Source: a bacterium (GTDB taxonomy: Bacteria > Electryoneota > Electryoneia > Electryoneales > Electryoneaceae). From it: DNA of 34,233 bases. The translations under genes were made by a program, and so were the position numbers. Below are positions 16,968 through 26,590 of the stretch, in pieces. The DNA lies in assembly GCA_043801585.1 (NCBI GenBank), contig JAZDLX010000013.1, positions 1 through 34,233 on the forward strand, read 5' to 3'. The notes under the pieces are model-generated. The model had not been told where the DNA came from. It searched no databases and worked only from the letters and a program-made list of their open reading frames with translations. Position 1 is the first letter of the stretch. Each line of letters begins with the position of its first letter.

Positions 16968-19900
16968 TCAAACGGTATCTTTTCCGACTGTTGGGACAGC
17001 GTTGTCTTCGGATTCCCTGCCAGTCACCTCCGCCCGGACAGAACCCCGCTTCACCAGGTAGTAAATCGCGGGAAGGATCAGCAGCGTCAGCAGAGTGGAG
17101 GAGATCAACCCTCCGACCATCGGGGCGGCGATCCGTTTCATGATTTCCGAGCCGGTTCCGATGCCGAACATGATCGGAAGCAAACCGATCAGTGTTGTCG
17201 CCACTGTCATCAGTTTCGGACGAACGCGCTCCACAGCGCCTTCCATCACTGCTGCCCTGAGATCGCCGGTGGTGTTCATCCGCCCTTCGTTTGTGTAGCG
17301 CGCATGGGCCTCGTCGAGGTAGACAAGCATGACCACGCCGGTCTCCGCCGCGAGGCCGAGCAGGGCGATGAACCCTACCGCCACCGCCACCGATATGTTG
17401 AATCCGAGGAGGTACATCAACCAGACGCCACCCACCATCGCGAAGGGGAGGCTTCCCATGACAATCAACGTTTCGGTGACATTCCCGAAGTGGATGTAGA
17501 GGAGCAGAAAGATCACAAGCAGTATCAGCGGGACGATCAAACGGAGGCGCTGACTTGCGCGTTCCATGTACTCGAACTGTCCGGACCAGACGATGGAGTA
17601 ACCTATTGGCAACTGAACGTTCTCGTCGACGACGCGGCGCAGCCGTTTGACAAGTCCGCCGATGTCGCTGTCACGGCTGTCCACGTAAACCCAGACAGTT
17701 TTTCTCGCGTTCTCCGTCTTGATCATCGGCGGGCCGTCGGTGATCCTGATGTCGGCGAGTTGCGCCAATGGAACGAAGCCACCCCGGTCCAAAGGAACCC
17801 GAACCCGAGAGATCATCGCAAGGCCGTCTCGACGCTCGCGAGGATAGCGGACGTTCACAGGATAACGAGCCTGGCCTTCAACGGTCCAAGTGACGTTCAT
17901 TCCGCCGAGGGCGGTCGAAATCACATCCTGAACGTCCTGAATAGTGAGGCCGTAGCGGGCAATTTCATCACGGCGAATATCGATGTCGATGTACTTCCCG
18001 CCGACGACACGTTCTGCATAGATACTGGTGACGCCGGGCTGTCCCGCCAGGGTCCCCTCGATTTCCTCGCCCAGCCGGGCGAGAGTGGGCAGATCATCCC
18101 CGAGGATCTTGATCCCGACCGGTGTCTTGATTCCGGTCGACAGCATGTCGATCCGTGTGCGGATCGGCATTGTCCAGGCGTTGGTCAAGCCGGGAATTTG
18201 AATTGCTGCATCGAACTGGCGAATCAGCTTGTCGGTGGTCATCCCCGGACGCCACTGGCTGTGATCCTTTTTCAGGATGATCGTCGTTTCGATCATCGAC
18301 AACGGAGCCGGATCGGTGGCGGTTTCAGCACGGCCGATCTTCCCAAAGACATGTTCAACCTCGGGGAAGGTGGCAATGATGCGATCCGTCTGCTGGAGCA
18401 GCTCGCGGGCTTTCTCCGGACTGATTCCTGGTGGAGTGGTCGGCATATAGAGCAAGTCGCCCTCGTTCAACGGAGGCATGAATTCGCTGCCGAGCTGCGA
18501 CCAGGGCCACAGGGTAAGGAGAACCAGAATCCCTGCTCCGGCGATAACAAGCGCCGGTTTTTTCAGGACGGAAACGATGAAGGGACGGTAGGCGTGGATC
18601 GCGATTCGGCTGATCGGGTTGCGTTCCTCGCTGAGGATTTTTCCGCGAACGAAGAAAATCATCAGCACGGGAATGATGGTAATTGCGAGAAACGCGGATG
18701 CGGCCATGGCGAAGGTTTTGGTGAACGCCAACGGCCGGAACAGACGGCCTTCCTGGGCTTGAAGGCTGAATACCGGGAAAAAACTGACGGTGATGATCAG
18801 CAGGCTGAAGAAGAGAGCAGGACCGACTTCTTTTGCCGCGTCGGCGATGATGAGTGCGTGCGGTTTCTTGCCTGCATCACGCTCAAGGTGTTTGTGGGCG
18901 TTTTCGACCATCACCACGGATGCGTCCACCATGACGCCGATGGCGATAGCGATTCCTCCCAGCGACATGATGTTTGCGTTGATCCCCATCCACTTCATCA
19001 TCAGCAGGCTGATCAGAACTCCCGCCGGAAGCGTGAAAATCGCGACGAGTGAGCTGCGAACGTGGAGCAGGAAGAGAATGGTGATCAGCGCAACGACGAT
19101 CATTTCCTCGGTGAGCTTTCCGCGCAGGGTATCGATGGCACGTTTGATCAGATCGCTGCGGTCATAGGCCGGAACAATCTTCACGCCTTCGGGCAATCCC
19201 TTCTGCAGCTCTGCCAGTTTGACCTTGACCGCGTTGATAGTTTTCAAGGCGTTTTCGCCAAAGCGCATGATCACGACGCCACCGACCGTTTCTCCCTCGC
19301 CATTCCATTCCACTATTCCACGGCGGAGTTCGGGACCGACGTGAATGTCCGCCACCTGGTTGAGCACGATGGGTTGTCCGTTGTGGTCTCTGCCGAGGAC
19401 GATGGCTCCAAGTTGATCGATGATGTCGCGGTCCGATTTTCCACGCAGGTATCCCAATCCGCGGACAAAATATTCTGTCTCCGCCATTTCAACAAGCCGT
19501 CCACCGACGTCGGTGTTGGAGGCCTTGATTTGCATCTTGACGTGCTTCAGTGAAATGCCAAGGGAGGCCAGTTTGTCCGGATCGACGACGATCTGGTATT
19601 GCTTGACGTAACCGCCGACGCTCGCCACCTCGGCAACACCGGGAACCGTCTGCAGCTCGTAGCGCAAGTACCAGTCCTGGAGGGAGCGAAGCTGCGAGAG
19701 ATCGTGATCTTTCGATTGCAACGTGTATTCGTATACCCAACCGAGCCCGGTGGCGTCCGGGCCGATGCGGGGGGTGACACCGGATGGAAGCCGGGATGCC
19801 GCCTGGTTGAGGTATTCGAGGACCCTGCTCCGCGCCCAGTAGAGGTCGGTGCCGTCCTCGAAAATCAGGTAAACCATACCGTAGTTGAAGAACGAATAGC

Positions 19901-20156
19901 CACGAACATCCTTCACGTAAGGCACGGCGAGCAGCGCCGTTGTCAATGGATAGATCACCTGGTCTTCGACGACCTGGGGAGATTGTCCGGGATAGTCGGC
20001 GAGGACGATCACCTGGACATCGGACAGGTCGGGGATAGCGTCCACCGGCATTGTCAGCATCGCCCAGATTCCGAGTCCGACCACCGCAGCGGTCAGGAGC
20101 AGAACAAGCAGCCTGTGCTTGATGCTTCCTTCAATTACTTTCTCAATAGGATTCAT
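16968..20156 (-). CDS. cusA: CusA/SilA-type heavy-metal RND permease
   Basis: DAIPDLSDVQV, GPDATGLG, GVMVDA..VMVEN, RVRPKLMT; Met residues in LLYMP, PLSMIET and IDMLSTG match the Cu(I)/Ag(I) site of CusA. Confidence 0.95.
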   Translation of the reverse strand: MNPIEKVIEGSIKHRLLVLLLTAAVVGLGIWAMLTMPVDAIPDLSDVQVIVLADYPGQSPQVVEDQVIYPLTTALLAVPYVKDVRGYSFFNYGMVYLIFEDGTDLYWARSRVLEYLNQAASRLPSGVTPRIGPDATGLGWVYEYTLQSKDHDLSQLRSLQDWYLRYELQTVPGVAEVASVGGYVKQYQIVVDPDKLASLGISLKHVKMQIKASNTDVGGRLVEMAETEYFVRGLGYLRGKSDRDIIDQLGAIVLGRDHNGQPIVLNQVADIHVGPELRRGIVEWNGEGETVGGVVIMRFGENALKTINAVKVKLAELQKGLPEGVKIVPAYDRSDLIKRAIDTLRGKLTEEMIVVALITILFLLHVRSSLVAIFTLPAGVLISLLMMKWMGINANIMSLGGIAIAIGVMVDASVVMVENAHKHLERDAGKKPHALIIADAAKEVGPALFFSLLIITVSFFPVFSLQAQEGRLFRPLAFTKTFAMAASAFLAITIIPVLMIFFVRGKILSEERNPISRIAIHAYRPFIVSVLKKPALVIAGAGILVLLTLWPWSQLGSEFMPPLNEGDLLYMPTTPPGISPEKARELLQQTDRIIATFPEVEHVFGKIGRAETATDPAPLSMIETTIILKKDHSQWRPGMTTDKLIRQFDAAIQIPGLTNAWTMPIRTRIDMLSTGIKTPVGIKILGDDLPTLARLGEEIEGTLAGQPGVTSIYAERVVGGKYIDIDIRRDEIARYGLTIQDVQDVISTALGGMNVTWTVEGQARYPVNVRYPRERRDGLAMISRVRVPLDRGGFVPLAQLADIRITDGPPMIKTENARKTVWVYVDSRDSDIGGLVKRLRRVVDENVQLPIGYSIVWSGQFEYMERASQRLRLIVPLILLVIFLLLYIHFGNVTETLIVMGSLPFAMVGGVWLMYLLGFNISVAVAVGFIALLGLAAETGVVMLVYLDEAHARYTNEGRMNTTGDLRAAVMEGAVERVRPKLMTVATTLIGLLPIMFGIGTGSEIMKRIAAPMVGGLISSTLLTLLILPAIYYLVKRGSVRAEVTGRESEDNAVPTVGKDTV

Positions 20157-20240
20157 CGGTCTACCGTGTAAAAGCCGCTTCGCGTCCCGTCCGCCGTGGG
20201 GGGGTAGACGGATCGGGACGCTATGCGGCTACCTTCTCGT

Positions 20241-21878
20241 TCAGTGAATGTGTCCGGCGTGAGCAGTCGCGTCGACGGTGGTTTCCGCGGACCCGGTCTC
20301 TCTGGTTCGGTCGATCCGTCGCTGAATAGCCTCCTGCAGTTTTGCTTCGCTGTCGAGGAGGAATTGCGCGGAGATCACGACTTTTTCGCCGGCTTGCAGG
20401 TTGTGCTCGACTTCGTAATAGCGGTCGGTTTCAATCCCCAGGTGAACTTCCCGGGGTTCGAAGATTCCGGGTGCTTTTTCGATAAACACGAGGTCGCGGG
20501 TGCCGCTGCGTATAACTGCAGATTTCGAAATGGAGATGGCATCCCTGACCGGACGGGCGTGGAGGTTCACTTCCACATACATGTCCGGTTTCAGGGCGAG
20601 GTTCGGATTGGCGAGTACGACGCGGACGTCGGTGGTGCGGGTGACTGAGTCCACCGTCGGATAGATGTAGTCGACGCGTCCCGAAAAATCCTTGCCAGGC
20701 AGGTAGGACGATTCGATCGACACCTCATCGCCCACGTGAACCCAGGGAGTTTCATATTCGTAGATCTGCGCGATCACCCAGACGTGCGATAGGTCCGTGA
20801 TGGTGAACAGATCCATGCCCGGTTTGACGGCCGCGCCTTCGATCACGTTTTTCTTCAACACGTAACCATCCATCGGTGCGACGAGTGTCAGCGTTTTGCG
20901 CGTTTTACGTGTCTGTTCGAGACGGGCGATCTGGTCATCCGTGATGCCCCAGAGTTGCAGCCTTTTCTTCGCCGCGGCAAGCAGATCCGCTCCGCCGCTT
21001 GCAACAGAGGTGACCCCGCTGGTTTTCAGCATCTCTCCGCTTCGCAACGCCAGGAGATACTCTTCCTGGGCGGCAACGAGCTCGGGGCTGTAGATGTCGA
21101 GCAGCGGTTCGCCGGTCGTGACAAAGTCACCCGTGCGGGAAACATGCAGGTCTTCCACCCACCCGGAGACACGAGCGTTCAGCGTTGTTTCGCGGTCTTC
21201 AGCAACGCCCACCGTGCCGTTCGACCGGATATCAATGGAGAGATCACGGCGAGCGACGAATTCCGTCCGGACTCCGATGTTCTGCATCGTCACCGGATCA
21301 ATCCTCACCGTCATATTCGAACCGCTCTGGGCCGAGGTCTTCAGCGGGGTCAGCTCCATGTGGCAGATCGGGCAAAGGCCGGGGTGGTCCTGGATCACTT
21401 GCGGGTGCATGCCGCAGGTCCAGAGTCCGCTCTCCGAGGTCTCGCTGGAGCTTGGAATTTCACCTTTCATTTCCCCAGTCAAAGGCGTCCCGGCGGTCTC
21501 GGCCGGTTTGCTCGAAGGGTCGTAGTAGGGAGACTCGGTGATCGGGATGGTGCCCTCATGCTTTCCTTCGAAAACCTTCATCGGATTGCTTGCCAGTACA
21601 TAGAGGCCGCTTTCATCCGGCAACGGCGTTCCCGGTTTGTGCCCCTCGACCTTCGAGAGTTTCATTCTGCAGAGCTCGCAGGTGCCGGGCTGGTCACTCG
21701 CTTCCCAGGGGTGCATCGCGCAGACGTAGAGATCCTGGTAGGGGATTTGTTGAAGAACCTGCGCCTGTTGGGTGCGCGCCGCTTCTCTTTTCCTATCCGT
21801 TGTCGAGACGTATGCAGTTACGACAATCAGGAGGAAGAGGATCACAGTAGACATCAGAGTTATCGTTTTTCGTTTCAT
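20241..21878 (-). CDS. cusB: CusB-type periplasmic adaptor with two N-terminal metal-binding domains
   Basis: YVCAMHP..CELCRMKL, WTCGMHP..CPICHMEL, IYSPELVAAQEEY, LKPDMY, AQFLLDSE; ends HAGHIH. Confidence 0.92.
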   Translation of the reverse strand: MKRKTITLMSTVILFLLIVVTAYVSTTDRKREAARTQQAQVLQQIPYQDLYVCAMHPWEASDQPGTCELCRMKLSKVEGHKPGTPLPDESGLYVLASNPMKVFEGKHEGTIPITESPYYDPSSKPAETAGTPLTGEMKGEIPSSSETSESGLWTCGMHPQVIQDHPGLCPICHMELTPLKTSAQSGSNMTVRIDPVTMQNIGVRTEFVARRDLSIDIRSNGTVGVAEDRETTLNARVSGWVEDLHVSRTGDFVTTGEPLLDIYSPELVAAQEEYLLALRSGEMLKTSGVTSVASGGADLLAAAKKRLQLWGITDDQIARLEQTRKTRKTLTLVAPMDGYVLKKNVIEGAAVKPGMDLFTITDLSHVWVIAQIYEYETPWVHVGDEVSIESSYLPGKDFSGRVDYIYPTVDSVTRTTDVRVVLANPNLALKPDMYVEVNLHARPVRDAISISKSAVIRSGTRDLVFIEKAPGIFEPREVHLGIETDRYYEVEHNLQAGEKVVISAQFLLDSEAKLQEAIQRRIDRTRETGSAETTVDATAHAGHIH

Positions 21879-21882
21879 GGTC

Positions 21883-23223
21883 TCACTCCGAAATCGTTGA
21901 CTCGGAATCCGTCAACTCAGGGCTTCCGGCCAAGGCGGCGAGGGCTGCCCGTGTTTTCGCGCGGTCGCGAAACCGTGCGTAAAGTTCCAAGCGCGCATTA
22001 ATCAAGGCGGCTTCCGCAGTCAGCATTGCTTCCACATCCACCTTGCCGACAGCATAGGATGAGATCGCCGCATCGAGTGTTGCGGACGCCAGGGGAATCA
22101 CCCCCTGCTGGTAGTAATCCACCTGTTGCGCAAGGCGTCTGTCTTCATCGAGGAGGGTGGCCGCTTCAAGTCGAACGTTCAGCTCCTCGTTGTGCAGTTT
22201 CTGGTTCGCCTCGCGAAGGTTGGCGCGAGATTCGTCGATGGCGCGGTTCTGTTTTGATCCCGCAAACAGGGGGACGGAAATTCCGGCGGTCACTGTCAGA
22301 AAGTCGGGACGCAGGGTGCCGTTGGGGGCGTTCTGACGAAATCCGTACCCGGCGGAAAGCTTCAGGTCCGGCACGCGCATCGCACGAACCGACCGTTCAC
22401 TCTCGCTCATCGCCTCCACAGTCAGTTTCACAACTCCCAGCCTCGGGCTCCGTGAGAGAACCGTCTGGCGAACCCAAACGCTGTCCAGGGCGGGAAACTG
22501 TTCCGGCAAATCGGGGAGCTGTTTTGCAACAGTCTCCGGATCGCCTCCGATGAGTGCCATCACCCGCCGCGCGGTGCTGCCTGCCTGTTGGGCGAGCAGG
22601 GTGCGGCGGTCGGCGAGTTTCGTGCGTTCGGTTTGCAGACGGAGGATGTCCTGCTGCAGGCCGCGTCCGGTTTCATATTTGGTCTGCGTGATGGAAATCA
22701 GGTTATCGAGCAGGCCGAGAGTGCTGTCCACTGCGTTAAACGACCGGCGCAGATAGGCGTAATCCCATGCTGTTGCCGCGATCTGGCGTCCGAGTTCAAA
22801 TTCTTTGTCGAGCAAACGCTGGTGTGAAGCTTCAGCGAGGGACATCGCCGCTGCCTTGTTCGCTCCGTAACGGTGTGTCAACGGGATGGCCTGTCCCACA
22901 GTGATCCAGGTGGCGGTCATCGGTTCCTGGTTGAAGGAGAAGGTGTTGACGGGAAGGTTCGTGGCACCGAAAACGAGTGTCGGGTCCGCCCAGGCTCCCG
23001 CCTGGGGAACGCGTTGGTCAGAAGCTTGAACCTGTTCACGTGCTGCGAGCAGCGCCGGGTTGTTGGCCTGCCCCTGGGCGATCAGAGAGGCAAGAACTGG
23101 ATCGAACGGCAGGAACGCCGGTGCCTGCTGTGCCCGGGCCGGGAAGGCGAGAATTAACGCAAGTGCGCCAGCCGCCAGCCATTTGGTACCAGAACCTGTT
23201 TTCCTGATGTTTATGTTGAACAT
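21883..23223 (-). CDS. TolC/CusC-family outer membrane factor
   Basis: Signal peptide, NNPAL, ADP, YETGRG, helical repeats; first gene of the cus operon. Confidence 0.88.
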   Translation of the reverse strand: MFNINIRKTGSGTKWLAAGALALILAFPARAQQAPAFLPFDPVLASLIAQGQANNPALLAAREQVQASDQRVPQAGAWADPTLVFGATNLPVNTFSFNQEPMTATWITVGQAIPLTHRYGANKAAAMSLAEASHQRLLDKEFELGRQIAATAWDYAYLRRSFNAVDSTLGLLDNLISITQTKYETGRGLQQDILRLQTERTKLADRRTLLAQQAGSTARRVMALIGGDPETVAKQLPDLPEQFPALDSVWVRQTVLSRSPRLGVVKLTVEAMSESERSVRAMRVPDLKLSAGYGFRQNAPNGTLRPDFLTVTAGISVPLFAGSKQNRAIDESRANLREANQKLHNEELNVRLEAATLLDEDRRLAQQVDYYQQGVIPLASATLDAAISSYAVGKVDVEAMLTAEAALINARLELYARFRDRAKTRAALAALAGSPELTDSESTISE

Positions 23224-23282
23224 GCTGTGTTTCCAAAGCTGATTAGATCAAGGTTTACCCATCGATCGTTCAGCTTCTACAG

Positions 23283-23399
23283 GGCAACAGGCATGCCAAT
23301 CCGCACTTTAGTGGAAGTGTTGAATAAATAAATAGATGCGACGAAACAAACGCGGCGTTTTGGAGAACGATTCGTTCAACGATTGAACAAAACGTTCAA
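23283..23399 (-). promoter_or_regulatory. Sigma-54 promoter and upstream activator site of the cus operon
   Basis: TTGGCATGCCTGTTGCC (23299-23283); AT-rich spacer; CGTTCAACGATTGAACA (23373-23389). Confidence 0.8.
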
Positions 23400-24739
23400 T
23401 CGCGATGGAAACCGTACAGAAGCATCTTTCTGCGCAGGGTGGGACGGCTGATCCCGAGGATTTCACAGGCCCGGCCGAGGTTGCCTTTCGTGGCGGCGAG
23501 CACCCGTTCGATGTGGCTTTTTTCCACGGACTCCAGCGTCTGGTTCCAGTGCTGCAAATCGCTGGCGGACTCCTGCTCCGGCGGGTTTTCCACTGTGGGG
23601 AGATCAATCCGAAGGGTGTCATCGGGACTGCTGATGACTCCCGCGGTAAGACGGTTCTCAAGTTCCCGAACGTTACCCGGCCAGGGGTATCGTTTCATCC
23701 GGGCGAGTACGTCCGTGGGTACCTGGCCGACATTCCGGCGCAACTGCTGGTCGATCCGTCCGAGGAGGTGCTCGATCAGCGGTTCAATGTCCTCGGGCCG
23801 TTCGCGAAGCGGTTGCAGGTGAATCTCGATCACCTTGAGACGGTAGTAGAGGTCCTCGCGGAAGCCGCCCTCGCGGACGAGCGCGGCAAGGTCACGGTGG
23901 GTTGCCGCGATGACACGGGCGTTGAACTTCTTCGGGACGTTGGACCCGACACGTTCGTAGGTGCGTTCCTGCAGGACACGAAGCAGTTTGATCTGGAGCG
24001 ATGGGTCGAGGTCGCCGATTTCGTCCAGAAAGAGGGTACCCTCTCCCGCGAGTTCAAGCCGGCCGGGACGGTTCTCATTGGCACCGGTGAATGCTCCTTT
24101 GACGTGGCCGAAAAGTTCCGATTCGAGCAGCGTCGGGACGAGAGCGGAACAGTTGAGTGGAATAAAGGGAGCGTCGGCGTTGGTGAAGCGGTGGATCGCC
24201 CGGGCGACGAGTTCCTTCCCGGTGCCTGATTCTCCGGTAATCAGAACGTTTGTGGCGCCGCGGCTGGCAAGACCGATTTGTTTGTGCACCTCCACCATGC
24301 TTCGGCTCTGCCCGACGATCTTGTCACCGCTGCGCTCGCTGGCGAGGTCGGCGACGAGGGCGAGATGGCGCTGGCTTTCGCGAAGGTTGAGCCCTTTCTC
24401 CACAGCAATCTCGAGCTCGTCGATATTCAGCGGTTTATGGATGTAGTCGAAGGCGCCCGCCCGCATCGCGGCGATCGCCTTGTCAAGGTCTTGGTGTCCA
24501 GTGATCATGATCACCACGCCGCCGAGTCCTTCCTGACTGGCGGTTGTGAGCACGCTGATGCCATCCCCATCCGGAAGCATCAGGTCGAGCAGCACGAGGT
24601 CGGGCCTTTGGTTTCTCCACGCGTTGAGACCGCTCTCTACAGAGCCTGCCGAGGAAACATCATGACCGGCATCGCCAAAAGCCAGTTCGAGCGTTCGGCG
24701 GGCGGCGCGATCGTCGTCAATGATCAGGAGTTTCGCCAT
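23396..24739 (-). CDS. Sigma-54-dependent (NtrC-family) response regulator
   Basis: Receiver (IIDDD, LLDLMLP), Walker A GESGTGKE, GAFTGA, FLDEIG, FREDLYYRL, WPGNVREL, Fis-type HTH. Confidence 0.95.
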   Translation of the reverse strand: MAKLLIIDDDRAARRTLELAFGDAGHDVSSAGSVESGLNAWRNQRPDLVLLDLMLPDGDGISVLTTASQEGLGGVVIMITGHQDLDKAIAAMRAGAFDYIHKPLNIDELEIAVEKGLNLRESQRHLALVADLASERSGDKIVGQSRSMVEVHKQIGLASRGATNVLITGESGTGKELVARAIHRFTNADAPFIPLNCSALVPTLLESELFGHVKGAFTGANENRPGRLELAGEGTLFLDEIGDLDPSLQIKLLRVLQERTYERVGSNVPKKFNARVIAATHRDLAALVREGGFREDLYYRLKVIEIHLQPLRERPEDIEPLIEHLLGRIDQQLRRNVGQVPTDVLARMKRYPWPGNVRELENRLTAGVISSPDDTLRIDLPTVENPPEQESASDLQHWNQTLESVEKSHIERVLAATKGNLGRACEILGISRPTLRRKMLLYGFHRD

Positions 24740-26573
24740 AACCTCTCTCCATCGGCAGGGTGACCGTGAACGTGCTGCCGGAGCCCTCCTCGCTGTGAAC
24801 GGAAACGGTTCCACCCTGAAGGTCAACGAATTTTCGCACGTTTGCCAGCCCCAATCCGGTTCCCTCCTCTTTCGTCGTGAAGAATGGATCGAAGATGCGG
24901 GGGATCACCGAAGCATGAATTCCACGTCCTGTGTCGGAAACCTGAATCAGCAGATGAGAGCTGTCATCCGTACTGAAACGAAGAGACACCTTCCCGCCAG
25001 GCTCGCAGGATTCGATGGCGTTCAACAGCAGGTTGATCAACGCCCTCAGAAGCTGCTCCGCGTCCGTTTGAAAGGATGGCAAGTTCTCCGGCTGGACACT
25101 GATCTCGATCTGGATTCCCGCCTTTTTTGCTCGCTCGCTTAACGCTCCCACCGCCCGGCGCGCGAGGTCATGAGAGTTGCACTCCTCGTGGACAAAATCG
25201 GTCGGCTTGCTGTAAGTGAGTAATTCACTGAGCATCGTTTCGAGTCGCGTTGCCTGGCTGACAGCGAGTTCAAGGTGTTCAATGTTCGCCGGTTCATTGT
25301 CAAGTCGGCGCTGGAGCAGACGGAGATTCATTTTCACGGAAGAGAGCGGGTTGCGCATTTCGTGAACGATACTCGCAACGAGTTGTCCGATGGCGGCCAT
25401 TTTCTCCGATTGAACAACCCGTTGCTGGCTTTCACGCACCACTTCCCGGGAATGTTGAAGGGCGTCGACCATCTGGTTGAATGAGCGAAGGAGTAATCCA
25501 ATTTCGTCGCCACTTCTGCGTTCCCGAACCCGCACGGTGACATCACCCTCGGCAACCCTGCGGCTCGCCTCCGCCAGCTCGACCATCGGGCGGCTCCAGG
25601 TGCGGGCCATTGCGACAGCGGCCAACAGCAAAACGATCATCACACCAACGGTTGCAAACAGGCTGTTGATGACGATCATCCGCAGTGGAGTGAGAGCCTC
25701 GCTGACGTTCATCTCGCCAATCAACGCCCAGCGTGGCCCCGGGAGATACGCATACGCACCAACTACTTCGTTGCCGAGGAATCCCCTGTACACTTCGGTC
25801 CCCTGCTTTCCCTTCAACGCGGCGAGCACCGTCGGGATTGGCATTTTATGTGTGAGTGGGTCGGGGTGGTTGCGCATTCGTGACGGGGTCAGCATCACCG
25901 TGTCCGGCCCCACCAGGTACACCTCTCCGGACGTTCCGAGTCCGGCGGTATCCGTGAGTATTTTTTCGAGAACAGGTCGTGTGGCGAGGCGGAGCAAAAG
26001 GAAACCGGATGGTTTTCCGTTGTCCTGTTGCAAAGGTTGGGCGATATCCAGCACGGGCTCTTTCCATTCGGAAAGGTGCACGGGGCCATAGACAGGATTG
26101 GAATCGACGCCTGCCGTTTCCGGGGTGTGGAACAACTGGATGTGCGATGTCCAATCCGAGGAGCTTGCAATCAACGTTCCGGATATATCAAGGAGGGCAA
26201 CCTCTCGAATACCGAAGACATCCTCCCGCCACTCTCCGCGGTCAAGAGCTGTCTGCAATTCCGTGCGATCATTTTTCGCGACTGGCGGGTGAGCGAGAAG
26301 GCTGCGTACGTTCGTCGGAGCCGTGATCGCTTCGATGGATCGTACATGATGAAAGAGGAAGAATTCGAGGCGGGCTTGTCGTTCCCGAACCACGCCCATC
26401 ACATGGTTTCGCGCCATCGAAAGAATCGCCTCGTGCGCCTGGTTTGTCCCGATTGCTGCGAGGACGACCGCGGCCACCAGAATCAGCACCGCGCCGGCTC
26501 CAAAGAGCTGCACGGCGAGGCGGTTTCCCCGGCCAGGTTGTCGATGATCCCTTTTTCGTAGGCTTGTTGCCAC
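24717..26573 (-). CDS. Sensor histidine kinase (periplasmic Cache-like domain, HAMP)
   Basis: Two TM helices, HAMP (DEIGLL..SFNQM), H-box HEMRNPL, DTGRG, FDPFFTTK, GTGLGL; overlaps the regulator start. Confidence 0.93.
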   Translation of the reverse strand: MATSLRKRDHRQPGRGNRLAVQLFGAGAVLILVAAVVLAAIGTNQAHEAILSMARNHVMGVVRERQARLEFFLFHHVRSIEAITAPTNVRSLLAHPPVAKNDRTELQTALDRGEWREDVFGIREVALLDISGTLIASSSDWTSHIQLFHTPETAGVDSNPVYGPVHLSEWKEPVLDIAQPLQQDNGKPSGFLLLRLATRPVLEKILTDTAGLGTSGEVYLVGPDTVMLTPSRMRNHPDPLTHKMPIPTVLAALKGKQGTEVYRGFLGNEVVGAYAYLPGPRWALIGEMNVSEALTPLRMIVINSLFATVGVMIVLLLAAVAMARTWSRPMVELAEASRRVAEGDVTVRVRERRSGDEIGLLLRSFNQMVDALQHSREVVRESQQRVVQSEKMAAIGQLVASIVHEMRNPLSSVKMNLRLLQRRLDNEPANIEHLELAVSQATRLETMLSELLTYSKPTDFVHEECNSHDLARRAVGALSERAKKAGIQIEISVQPENLPSFQTDAEQLLRALINLLLNAIESCEPGGKVSLRFSTDDSSHLLIQVSDTGRGIHASVIPRIFDPFFTTKEEGTGLGLANVRKFVDLQGGTVSVHSEEGSGSTFTVTLPMERGYGETPDH

Positions 26574-26590
26574 CGTCTCCTCGATGAAAA

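Noticed and set aside
12945..19052. Long antisense ORFs (598 aa, 752 aa and similar)
   Set aside because: Opposite well-supported genes (glpD, cusA); expected from GC-rich codon bias; no motifs.
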